Part shown: one piece after another, positions 40,370-53,414 of the stretch
Layout: each line of letters opens with the position of its first letter
How positions within the stretch are numbered: the stretch's first letter is position 1
Source: Octopus sinensis
Lineage: Eukaryota
Length of the DNA stretch: 64,000 nucleotides
Direction of reading: 5' to 3'
NCBI RefSeq assembly: GCF_006345805.1
Contig: NC_042998.1
Span: 19,716,001-19,780,000, forward strand
Made by a program: the position numbers and the translations under genes
The notes under the pieces: model-generated
Seen by the model: only the letters and a program-made list of their open reading frames with translations
What the model was told of the DNA's origin: nothing
Databases searched by the model: none

Positions 40370-41660
40370 GCAGCTCAAGCTACCCTGTGATGAGATGGTA
40401 CCATCTGTCAATGACCTCAAAATGCATCTGCTTCTAAACATTCTATAAAACTTTAGCAATAGCCAAAGGTTATGTAAGCGAGTCATCGTAAGTCCACGTA
40501 ATGATTCTGTCGACAAAATCAATTGAGATCACTTCAAGCTGTTGCAAGGACATAACTGTCTTTTAAAACCATCGACAGAGTCATTGATCAGGACCAAGCT
40601 GTAGTTTTTCCAACTGAGTTCCTGAACTCTCTACAACAATCGGGAATGCTACCACACAACTTAACACTTAAAATCGGGGCCCCAATCATCCTGCGTGGTG
40701 AAAGCTCATCATCATCATTGTTCAACCATGGTCGAGACAATGGAATTTACCATGCTACGCCAGACTTCACGGTCCATCATGGCATTACAGAGGTTCTGTT
40801 GCTGGATGCCTGTATCCCTGGCGATTACATCAGGGTAGGAGAGTGTGCGCCCTCTGGTATTGCGAGTAGATGGCTTCCAGAGGAGAAGAGTAGAAATTAC
40901 CTCGTTTTCAGCTCTATAACAATGTCCAGCAAACTGGACTCTCTTACCTTTCACAAGAGATGACACAGGTGGTAGTTTCCCATATATTTGCATTTTGGTT
41001 GGATGACGCTTCCACGAGAGATTTTGAGCTCTCATAAGGAGGCAAGTGTAGGTTCCATCCAAACGCCTCTCAAGCTTCTTTGATAACGTCCAGGTTTCTG
41101 AGCCATATAGTAGAATTGGTTCGACTGTGGCTTTGAACATTTCAAGTTTGAAATCTCTACTTAGATTTGCATGTGAAAGCTATGCAACCCCATTTCATAG
41201 AAGTAGCAATTATCAAGGTAAATATAAGGGTGAGAATATCTTCATTCAATGGATTCCGTAAATCCCATCTGAATTGAATTGAAACGGCTTCGAATTGAAA
41301 CTCCCAGTCCCAGTGAAGCTAAGTTTTGCTATGTCGATAAACAAGTTTCAATGACAATCTCACAAGGTTGTTGGACTTAACCTTGCTTCCCTTGCTTGTG
41401 TCATTGGCCATTATATTTAGAATATGCGAAAAGTCTTTTTATTTGTACCCCAATTAAAGGACACACTGAAAACATTGTACATTTAGAAGCTCTACAAAAT
41501 TAAACTGTGATGGATTTCAAGATTTTTTTTTAATAACTTTGTTTATAACAACGTCATCTGATAGAATATTTCCGAATATATATATTTTTTGTTGCAATAA
41601 ATATATTTATTTCCTATAACATACTTTAAACTTCCGAGCAACGCCGGGTACTTAAGCTAT
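40370..41660 (+). mobile_element. Decayed autonomous Helitron 3' part (Pif1-like helicase), interrupted by a LINE
   Basis: Peptides RVIVSPRNDSVDKIN, VVFPTEFLNSLQQSGMLPHNLTLKIGAPIILR, PVKLSFAMSINKFQ*QSHKVVGLNL, ENIVHLEALQN*; 3' hairpin ccgagcaacgccggg at about 41633-41648. Confidence 0.9.
40707..41172 (-). mobile_element. 5'-truncated RTE-clade LINE
   Basis: ORF 40715-41140 FKATVEPILLYGSETWTL..RVQFAGHCYR..MMDREVWRSMV; (TGA)n tail; TSD gtgaaagct at 40698-40706 and 41173-41181. Confidence 0.92.
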
Positions 41661-41673
41661 TATACATGCATAC

Positions 41674-41713
<40 letters not shown>

Positions 41714-42085
41714 CATATAGCTATATATATGTATAAATGCATACACTAATGCATATATATATATGAGTACATGATTGAGTTTATGTATACGATTCTTAAT
41801 TTATTATATGTATATTATAAGTGTGTGTGTGTTTGTGTATATGGATTTATACAAGCAGTATGTATGTTTGTCTCTCTATATACACACATGCATATGCAGA
41901 CACATATACACACATATGCACACACCTACATACCCACATATACATACACATTTAAACCTTACAAAGTATATATATATATGTATATATATAATATATATAT
42001 ATATATATATTGTGTATATATATATATTATATATATATATAGATATATAATATATATAATTATATATATATATAATATATATACT

Positions 42086-42155
<70 letters not shown>

Positions 42156-42974
42156 GTATGTATGTATGTACGTATATATGTATATATTATATATAGGGTT
42201 ATGGTGTAGTTGTGTAGGTACTTCAGTTTGTGTCTTTCTGTATCGATTTCTCCATGAAGTTTCTCCATTCATTGTGCTGAAGCGCAACTATTAACGCAAG
42301 CATTATATCGACCTAATGGATAATCCTGTTATTCCCAATCTGAAAAGACAACGATAAAAGCTATTTATATGAGTGGATTGGTGGTCTGCATCAGTAATAT
42401 TTGAGGCAGAGAAATCCAATAACCAGAGAAATGTTGCAAGAAAATAATACAGTATCTGTTCACTAACAAGCTGGCATTACACAAGAACCATTGGTTTTAT
42501 TGTGAATTGTTTCAATATTTCCCGAACCCGATAAGAAAACTAATTTCGAAGCCGCTTTTACGCATCCGTTTGTGCTTCTGTTTTGTGCATATACATATAT
42601 ATATATATATAATATATATATATCTATATATATATATATATATATGGAGTTGTACTTGTACATATATCGTAACTGAAATGTTACGCTTTGCAGTAGGAGG
42701 AATGCTGCGAAGATTTGTGTGTGATGGACACAGTAAAAACTAGAGGAAAGAACAGAAAGGTGTTAAATTCGATAGAACATTGAAATTTATAAGCAGTAAT
42801 CTGTGGATGTTAAGGATGATAAAAGTTCCGCAGTAATGGACGCTGAATACGTGACACTATCACTCACACCCAAATATACTGACAAACATGCAATCATCTG
42901 TCCATGACATACTCTAACACTTGCATGTTGAAGGATAAGCTTCGTAAGCATTTGTTAAGGAAATATAATAATAT

Positions 42975-43205
<231 letters not shown>

Positions 43206-43674
43206 AGATGAGCGAGTGGACGAGCGTATGTGTTCTGGTGTTTGTGTATGTGTAACGTTAATGGAAATGTATTGGACGTTTCGCCATGAAAGTCGTTTTT
43301 GCTAAGCATGCTTAGTGTATTAACTACACAAACTTATGAAACCAGAAAGGGAGAGAGGGAGAGAGAGGGAGAGAGAGAGAGAGAGAGAGAGATGCAGAAT
43401 GAGAGTAAGCAAAAAGAGAAAGAGATAGAGAGATACGGAGAAACGATGGTGCGGGGGGGAGAGACAGAAGTGAGAGTGAGACGGACACGAAATAAATTCT
43501 CAAAGGTCTGGTTTCAGGCTAATAATTTATTCACTGACCTTCCTTTGACCCTCTTTTTCTCAGACCAATACAACCGCTGAACACGCCTTTTGTAAATTCT
43601 GGGTACAAACGAAAATCTCTTGGCCGTATATAAGACGAAGTGTTTCATCTCAATTCACTATGGATCTTTTATCT

Positions 43675-44078
43675 TTTTAGCTTTTACTTGTTTCGGTAAT
43701 TTGAGCGCGACCATGATGGGGCAATGCCTTGAAGGAATTTTAGTCGAACAAATCTACCCCAGAACTATTTTTCAAGCCTGTTACTTTATCTATCGCCAAG
43801 TTACAGGGACATAAGCTCACCAACATCGGTTGTCAACCGGTGTGTCTCAACCATTGTAGGGAGACAAGCACAGACAAAAAGTCACACACCGCACACACAC
43901 ATATACATATATATCACAGATTCCTTTCAGTTTCAGTCTACCAAATCCACTGACAAGGCTTTGGTCGGTCGGATGCTATAGTACAAGACACTAGCCTAAG
44001 GTGCCACGCGGTGCGACTGAACCCGGAGCCATGTGGTTGGAAAGCACGCTCTTTGCTACACAGTTACACTTGCGCCTA
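43675..44078 (-). mobile_element. Diverged SINE family A copy
   Basis: Reverse complement of the head, CORE-like segment and a degenerate tail. Confidence 0.8.
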
Positions 44079-44438
44079 TGTCAATGTATTTCTCCAATTC
44101 AGGTGAAATCTTCACCAAAAATAAAATTATTAAACTTTACAGGATTTTTTTCCCAGTCCCGTAAAATATTAGTCGTATGATTGTGTCTGCACCGCTTTAT
44201 TCTTTTAGAATTTTCTACTAATATTCCTCAGTTACTTACTCTTAAAGGTCTGGGTACGTTGTAGCCTGCTGTGCCTTTGGTATGCGCTTCATAACAATCC
44301 TTCCAGCGGTTAACACTAAATACTTTTAGCAGGAATGTTGCGAGGCGTGAGCGGCTAGAAATTTGCAGCATTTTTGGACAGTTGCTGCTGATAAGGTTGA
44401 TTTCTAACATTATGCTACAATATCTCCTCACACACACA

Positions 44439-44526
<88 letters not shown>

Positions 44527-44703
44527 GAGTGAACACAGAGCGTCTCTGTCTCATCATGTTCTGAACATGCAGCCATGTTTCGAATTGTCTCCATAAGAAT
44601 TCAAATCCTCGCGTCTAATTCACAGTGGATTCTCTTCCTATCCTCCCACTCTCATTCTCTGTCCTTCCTCTGCCTCTCCGTCTTTCTCTGGAGCTGTCTC
44701 TCC

Positions 44704-44740
<37 letters not shown>

Positions 44741-45274
44741 CCACTATCTATTTATCTATCTATATTTGACACACAAACATGCTCACGGTATTTGGATTTC
44801 TGACGGATAACAAGTAACTTCGAACTAAGTTAAGCAAGATGAACAGAAATGAAACGAGACCGAATACATGCTTCTAATCATTCTGTGCACCATCCTACCG
44901 GTTTTCCAATTATAATAATTATTCTTTCTACTATACTGTACCTGTCATTGCTAGTATATACACTGCTTGTTTCACTGACGTTCATGCAACAACACAGTCA
45001 ATGCCGTACCTAATTTAATGCACGAAATCATGTTCCAACGCAACCAAAGCCTGTACCAGCTCAACCCTAGAAGAAATATTAATCCATTGCTATAAAGATC
45101 GCTCGGTCAAAAGTAATGCTTAATTATTCACGTTGTTTTCAATAAATCCTGTATTACCTGTTAACTGCGTGATTTAGATGATGTAACAGGTGATTTTTAG
45201 AATGACATTTTAGGGAAGGTGTCAGTGCCGGATTTGTTGTGTTCAAACATAAAACTTGTCCAATATTTCGGCTG

Positions 45275-45737
45275 GAAAAAGCGGCGAGCAGGCAGAAACT
45301 TTAGAACGCCGGTCGAAATGCTTCATGGTATTTCGTCTGTCTTTACGTTCTGAGTTCAAATTCCACCGAGGTCGACTTTGCCTTTCATCCTTTCGTGGTC
45401 GATTAATTAAATACCAATTGCGTACTGTGTTCGATCTAATCGACTGAGTCCCTTCCCCAAAATTTCGGACCTTTTGCCTAGAGTATAAAAGAATATTTCA
45501 GCTGGATAAGGTGGCAAGCTGGCAGAAACGTTAGCACACCGGACGAAATGCTTAGTTTCATTTCATCTGCCTATACATTCTGAGTTCAAATTATGCCGAG
45601 GTCGACTTTGCCATTCATCCTTTCGGGGTCGATAAATTAAATACCAATTGCGTACTATGGTCGATCTAATCGACTGAGTCCCTTCCCAAAAATTTCCGGC
45701 CTTGTGCCTAGAGTAGAAAAGAATATTTCAGCTGGAT
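45275..45737 (+). mobile_element. Two tandem family B SINEs with the alternative ccaaaattt..gcctagagtagaaaagaata tail
   Basis: aatatttc(g/a)gctgga occurs before, between and after the copies; shared variants ttaaataccaattgcgtact and gactgagtccc. Confidence 0.88.
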
Positions 45738-46639
45738 ATGTATAGATTGCTCTTTTGTCTTAGTGAAATAGAAACTGTCAACTCCCTACTGGCGCTTTCT
45801 CGAAAAGATATAATAATAACTCGAGCTGGGATTCTTTTCGATGAATAAACATTTTTCGCTTACTTTGCTTAATTAGTTTTAGTCATTGGGACACTGCTAT
45901 ACTTCAGCAACTCATCAATATAGAAACCTTCATTAATGGATGCCTTGTTTGCAAATTTGTGTGTGCCAAGGTGTGTTGTTGGCGTTGAAGTTTGCGTTCA
46001 TTTTTATGGAAGTTGTTTGTTCGTGGCATTACTCTCTTCAGCTGTCAAAGATTATATTTGAGGGCATTTTTCTTGCCGATATTTTGTGCTGAATATCAAC
46101 TAATCAAAAGGAGGAGGATTTTTTTTTCTCCCGTCCAATTAGTGTGAAAATGTTTATAAAAGGAATTTTTGAATCTGTCTTTCAATGAATTCGAAATAAT
46201 TGTCCGAGAAAAAAGCCATAAAAATCAAGAATTTAGCAAGCAACGTCAGAAACAGGCAAAAATGTAATCCACAAAAGAGATCTTTGAGAAGAACGTTATG
46301 GGATGGTAAAATAGAAAGGTAACGACGAAGATAATGACCACAGCTGTTGCAATGATGATGATGAGGAGGATGAGTAGGAAGGGGAGGAGGTGGAGTATGT
46401 TTTACCACCAGTAGCAAATTATGCATAATGGTTAAAAATCGTGTGATACCGGCCAGTACATTGCAATAAAGATATAAGAACATTTGTGATGGTATCATAC
46501 AATGAATACATGTATGTGTGTGTGAGTGTGTGTGTGTGTGTGTGTGTGAAAGTGTGTGTGTGTGTGTGAAAGTGTATGTGTGTGTGTGTGTGTGAAAGTG
46601 TGTGTGTGTGTGAGCGTATGTTTTTGACTATATTTGCGT

Positions 46640-46738
46640 GCGTTTTCTTGCGTGGCAGTTTGGGCAACTGTCTTCTACAGCCTCGGGCCAACCAAAGCCT
46701 TGTGAGTGGATTTCCCAGACGGAAACTGAAAGAAGCCC

Positions 46739-46789
<51 letters not shown>

Positions 46790-46813
46790 ATGTGTGTGTG
46801 TGTGTGTGTGTGT

Positions 46814-46847
<34 letters not shown>

Positions 46848-47108
46848 TGTGTGTATGTGTGTATGTATGTATGCATGTATGCATGTATGTATGTGTGTAT
46901 ATCTTTGTGTGTCTGTGTTTGTCCCAGCAACATCGCGCTTGACAACCGATGCTGGTGTGTTTACGCTCTCATAACATAACGGTTCGGCAAAAGAGACCGA
47001 TAGAGTAAGTACCAGGCTTACAAAGAATAAGTCCTGGGGTCGATGTGCTCCAGCATGGCCATATTCCAATGACTGAAACAAGTAAAAGAGTAAAAGAGAG
47101 TAAAGAGT
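46640..47108 (+). mobile_element. SINE family A, 5'-truncated, expanded (TA)n(TG)n
   Basis: Similar to the family A body and tail. Confidence 0.88.
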
Positions 47109-47119
47109 ATATAGATACA

Positions 47120-47418
47120 CAGTAGAACCTCGCAGCACTAGTGCCCCATTGTACGAATAATTTGCTGTACGAGCCCAGACTCGTGCGAATTTATGACTTC
47201 AAGTACGAGCGGAAATCCACAGTAAGAGCACACAAATTGTCCCGTCTTCAAGGTAATTCAATTTAATAAACTAATAAAAAAATTATTTTTGAGTTGTTTT
47301 GTGGGGCTGTAATGGGTTTTAGTTAATTTCAAGGAGGAAAATTGATTTGTAAAACAAGTAAATCGTAAGACGAGCTCGGTCATTGAACGAATTAAACTCG
47401 TACTGCGAGGTATCACAG
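47120..47418. mobile_element. Tigger/pogo-like MITE
   Basis: TIRs cagtagaacctcgcagcac and gtactgcgaggtatcacag; flanks ca and tg may be mutated TA. Confidence 0.65.
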
Positions 47419-47459
47419 TGTTTGTATGTTTAACATGAAATAAATTGTTGTTTACACAA

Positions 47460-47945
47460 AACTGGTTGCCCAGTCCTGGCTAAGAAAGAATATGTTCACA
47501 AGCATGAAAAAGGTGGGATCTATATACACTGGAAACTATGCCAACACTATGGAATGACAAAAGAAAAAGATAACATAAGCACACCACCGAAAAGGTCTCA
47601 GAATATGAGAAAGCAACTATATTCTTCGATATGTCGATGCACAGAGATAGAGAAATCAAGGTTAAGAGACCGAGTTAGTTGTCAGAGATCACTGTGAAAA
47701 AATGCCTTCTAACTGATGTATCAATATCAACAGATGACAATGTATATCTAAGAGAAACGGAGAATCTCAGGAAATACAGAGATCTAGATATAGAGGTAAC
47801 TCGAACGTGGATCCTAAAAACAGAAACAATCCCAATAATAGGTGCATTGTGTATGATCACAAAACATTTAGACAAATACGCAACCAAACCACCAGGATTT
47901 ACGAATGTATATAACATCTAGAAAATAGAACTTATTAAACTAGCT
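47460..47945 (+). mobile_element. R4/Dong-like non-LTR retrotransposon C-terminus (restriction-like endonuclease), decayed
   Basis: TGCPVLAKKEYVHKHE..YIHWKLCQHYG, HRDREIKVKRP, CLLTDVSISTDDNVYLRETENLRKYRDLDIEVTRTW..TIPIIGAL. Confidence 0.85.
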
Positions 47946-48364
47946 CCATCTTCATTGCTTCTATTCATATCACAAACAAGTTACATATTCTACAATTTCA
48001 GATATTAGCTGCTACTTTATGAACTATATTCTGTTCATTATATTATATTTGTTGCATATAATCAATGTCTATTTTGTCCGTTATATCAAATTATTTTTCG
48101 TTAATGGACACATTGCACGGAGTGATAGCGTTGATTACTTTACATCGTAATTGTTGTCGCTTTTTGCATTCCAACGGCTTCTTAATAGAAATATTGCACT
48201 TTCACACTGATATCACACCTTATACATATATATTTTTGTGGGGTACCTCAATTCGGTCGTTCAACCTATTAGAAATGTTAAGTATATATTTTGTCTTTTT
48301 TTTTGTCATACGCTATCATGATGTACGTGTATAGATATAGCTCTGACCCGAACAAGGATGTCTC

Positions 48365-49447
48365 ACATTTCGCAAAAATGAAAATAACACTGACATCTCA
48401 TTACGGAAAAATGAAAATAACAATGACATCTCATTTTAACAGATATATTTACCAAAATCACATAAAAATATCTTGAAATACGAAAGAGTAAATTTATTCA
48501 ATAAAATCGCCCCGACCTTCAGACAACTTTGGAATCTCTTCCTGCAACACTTCTGGACGGCCCCCTTATATAATCTGGTGAATGCTGCTATGATCCTTAC
48601 CTTCAGTTAATCTTGGGACTTACAAGGGATTTTGTTGGTCTCTCGGTCAACTGCGCCAACGCAATGGGATTGCCGTCTGGGGAGTTAGGTCGCCAGATTT
48701 TAGGGGTGATGTAGTCGCAGAAATACTCTGACAGTTATGATTGGGTTCTCGTGCTTGTGTGGCATGGGGCAGAGTCTTGTTGCCAGACATAGGGTCTTCC
48801 AGCAGCCATCCTGTGGTTTGAAACCTTACAATCATAATATAATATAAGTAGTCTGCAATTATTTTATTCTTGTGAAATTCCCTGTATTGAAGTAGTTTGT
48901 TTCTTAAAAACAATTAAACAAATCGATGTTGAAAGATGTATTACCAATTCTTATAAAAGAAAACAGATAAATGTTAATGTGCGTTTTATTTCTCCTTTTC
49001 TCCTACAAACATAGGGTAGCAGTACCTCCTCTAGGCATTTAATGTAGGCCTCCGTGTTGAGTCTGAGGCAATGTGGAAAGATGAATGGAGGCATAACGTC
49101 TTAATCATTTGTAATCACTCCAAACACCATGATGTTGACTGGATGTTTGAATTTATCACTCTTGGTACATGTCCTTAGATTGCACTGTCCTCAAATTGTA
49201 TCAATTGTATCAATTGTATCAAACACTCTGAAATGTTCGTATTGAAGCTTCAGGCGCGAATGCCACGCAGTACAGCATGTCATTTACAAATTTCTGGCAA
49301 AGTGAATTGCGTCATGGTGATGTTTTTGTACAGACAGTGCCAAACGGACTCTACTATACTGTGTAGTCGACAAAATCAAAAACAAAAAAATGCACATGCA
49401 CGAAATTGAAAATATAAAATGGTGTCAATTTACCCATCGCACCATGT
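48365..49447 (-). mobile_element. Internally deleted Tc1/mariner element, transposase pseudogene
   Basis: Minus strand MTQFTLPEICK*HAVLRGIR, KHPVNIMVFGVIT..VMPPFIFP..LNTEAYIKCLEEV, GRPYVWQQDSAPCHTS..PNSPDGNP..GDFIE*; 5' TIR ta-catggtgcgatggg at 49447; 3' TIR not found. Confidence 0.85.
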
Positions 49448-50095
49448 ATGTTACTCCGACCTGCAAGAAAGCATAGACAAAACTTCTTCAAATCATGCTG
49501 TTCACGTTTGTATATGAATGTCTGTATTCACCAACGATGCAAATATAAATGCATGGCAGCTGAACATTAATAATTAGCTTACCGTATATTTTTTCATTCC
49601 CAAGGATAACCAAACAAAATTATTATGACACCTACTCTGGTTGCCAATATCAGAAATGAATGATTGCAACAACTGCTTCGACTGAGACCAACGGACACGC
49701 CATTTGAATTTATATAGTGTTAATATATCGTCAGACTTAGACTCGCCAAATTTGCTTAGAATTCCGAATATATATAAAAATTGACAGATGCCATATTCTA
49801 TGTACGTATTGCTGTGGTTAGCTATGAGTGTCCGTATGTATGCATACACACTCCCACACACACACATATGCATACAAAAAAAGAGAGCGAGATAGATAGC
49901 TAGATGTAGACACTGACATATGTGTGTGTGTGTGTGTGTGTGCGTATGTGTCTGTATGTGTTATAAATTATATACGCATATATTTTTTTAATTAATGAAC
50001 AGTCAATCATCGACTATAAAAATTAATTTTATTGTATAATTTGAAAAAATAGATTTTATAGTCAATGATTGACAGTTCATTAACATATATATATC

Positions 50096-50151
<56 letters not shown>

Positions 50152-50211
50152 ATATATATATTATATATACATATATATTATATATACAATATATATATAT
50201 ATATATACATA

Positions 50212-50242
<31 letters not shown>

Positions 50243-50255
50243 CATATATATATAC

Positions 50256-50290
<35 letters not shown>

Positions 50291-50569
50291 CGCACACACA
50301 CACACACATAATATATATATATATATATATATACACATATGTATATATATACATATATATATATACACATATTATATATACACATATATATACATATATA
50401 TATACATATATATTATATATATATATATGTATATATATATACATACGTATGAATACATACGTATATATATATATATATATATACATATATATATACATAC
50501 GTATATATACATACATACATATATATATATAATATATATACATACGTATATATACATACATACGTATAT

Positions 50570-50654
<85 letters not shown>

Positions 50655-52692
50655 CAAAACTACAATAAAATAAATTTTATAGTCAATAATTGACAGTTCA
50701 TTAATATAAAAAATATATATAAGAACTTATAGCGAATACAATAATATCAGTCTATTATAAAATATGGACATTTTAGTTAAATTGCTTAGTTATGCTTTCT
50801 AAAAGCAAATCGTAATGAGAGAAACACTCGTAAGATTATTGCGAGGAAGTTTACATCAACGGTTTCACAGAAGGGGTTCACTTCGTATGTCGTATGTGAA
50901 TGATAGACATTTAACTGTTAGGTTTTGTATAGAAGACGTTTTAAAAGTGACTATGGTGCTAATATTCGGGTACATACAAAAGTTTAAAACGGGGATCCAT
51001 GTAGAACGAGACATTCTTTCACAATGTATGTATGCCTGTATGTATAGAAAACTTTTGAAAAAATATGTCTTCGAAAACCTAAAATTCGAGGAATATCTTT
51101 TATATGATCGTAAAATGTGATACAGCAGGACGAAGAATGAACATATAGAACGCAGGAATGCACGCACTACAGACGTGGGTACGCCCATTCTACATGAGAT
51201 ATCGAAGAAAATATAACACAATTCCGATGCCTTATCCATATAGTAGTTTTCAAGTGGACAGCTTCATCAGCAAAACGCTAAAAAGGTGTAAATCAGCGAA
51301 CCTGACCTACAGAATACGACAAATTCACAAAAAGGACGGGGTCTCAAGGCCAACAGTAAAAACCGAAGAGTTATACGGAGAACGGGAAAATATATAAAAC
51401 GCAAAAGTAATGGGAGTAAAAAAGATATATATATATATTATATATATATTACACACGTATATATATTTATATATGCATGTAGATGTGGGTACGTACATAT
51501 ATGTTTGTATGTATGCATATATTTTATTTATTACACTATTGTATGACTAAGCGCCTTCGCGTCGATTCGATTCGATTGGTTTCGTTTCGTCTCTTCTTCT
51601 TCTCTAAGCTGGTTTATATATATATATATATATTATAAATAATACATATTATAAAGTATATGAAGCAACCACTCTTCAAATTCAGCAAATCTGAGACAGT
51701 TTTTTTTTTAGTATATGTAGTTATCTCCGATCTAAACAATTTAAAAAAAATATATTCTGATATGCCTTCGGTAACTACTCCAAACATAATAGATTCGCCA
51801 TCATAAAAACTTATCTGCTGTGACTAACGAAAATATCGTATATTCACGACTGTAATGATTTCCGGTGCAGCCGCTCCCGTCATTCGTTTTTATTGTTCTC
51901 TTAAAAATCGTATCGAGCAAGAAACTATGAATTGCAATGGAATGTACCACACGGTCGTGTTTGTGTGTGTGTGTGTGGTTCTCTTTTGTTTAAGAGTATG
52001 TGTGTATATGTGTGTGTAGTGACTTCATATTTGTTTAAGGTCGCCAACAACACGCTTCTTTGCTCAATTAATTGTGACAACTTCTTCAGTTCAACTAAAG
52101 CGCATTGTCATTAAGAGTGACTAAAGAACCATAGCCGTGTATTCAGCTACACACTCACTGATTCCTTCTTCTTGAAAATCGTATTTGTCATTGTTCCCCG
52201 ATGAATAGCTAAATTAATTTTTCTCGTAAAATATCCGTATAGAATCCCCGGGCCTCGTTATATAAACGCACATTTATAAATATCGATGGAGTCGATGTCT
52301 GTGAGAGAAGCATACATTTTTTCAACCTTCCAGACACTGTTTCCCGTACATTTTATATTTATTCACGTGCTTAGTAACTAAAACATTAACCACATTGATT
52401 CAAACTAATTTTCAAATGGTTGTTTGCAGTACATTTCATTCAACGATAATTTTTTTTTCCTATGATGCCGAAAATTATTTATATCCTTGAAATTTTAATG
52501 ACTTGGACATTATATGTTTCACTTGTTCCTTACTTACCACATTTAACAGCAAAATTATCAGATTATATCATTCAACATTGTCTTTGATCAATTTTTATCA
52601 ACTACAACAGTAATCATCAACATCCAACTAAATATGTTTTGAGACACAGCAACAGAAATATGTATATTCGGGTTGTCGCGTTCGTATATGAG

Positions 52693-52754
<62 letters not shown>

Positions 52755-52756
<2 letters not shown>

Positions 52757-53050
52757 CCCTGCCCTATTTAACATTGTCCCGAGGGAGATCAAGGAGGAAA
52801 AGGATCCCATCAACTTCAAACAGAGTCTGGATAGATTCCTTCAAAGAATACCAGATAAGCCACCCATAATTGGATACAACTCACCCAACAAGAACTCACT
52901 ACTTGAACAAAACTGGATACAACTCACCCAACAAGAACTCACTACTTTAACAAAACTTGACTTAAACAGGATTCGAATAATCCTATCAGGTGGTGCTATT
53001 AAGTTAGACATGGCCTGGACCAATCTCTGGTCGAAACATATCTAAGTTTA
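52755..53050 (+). mobile_element. 3' end of a LINE (CR1/L2-type; clade uncertain) with a 43-bp internal tandem duplication
   Basis: GPALFNIVPREIKEEKDPINFKQSLDRFLQRIPDKP..YNSPNKNSLLE; second copy at 62688-62930. Confidence 0.8.
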
Positions 53051-53351
53051 TTTAAGTTTATATATAAATATATATATATACAACTTATAAGGGCAAAAGA
53101 AAATTATTTCTATGCCAATATGTTGATAACATACTTTTAAATCAATTTCCACATATATACCCACTACAGACATACGTTGTGCTGAAATCGAGGAAAGCTA
53201 GCCAACAGAATTGTTTTTTTAAAAAAAGGTCGTTAATGATCTTTAAATGAAAATTCTGTTGGCTATAATTTTAACCTATAACGGTATTTTAATATGCTGC
53301 CACTCTTTTGATGAAAATTTTTTCTGTAAAAAAAATCATCCTAAATTAGTA

Positions 53352-53414
<63 letters not shown>

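Noticed and set aside
51200-51280. Polinton integrase N-terminus (YRRKYNT..SSFQVDS)
   Set aside because: Only a vague resemblance; no downstream DDE residues recognisable
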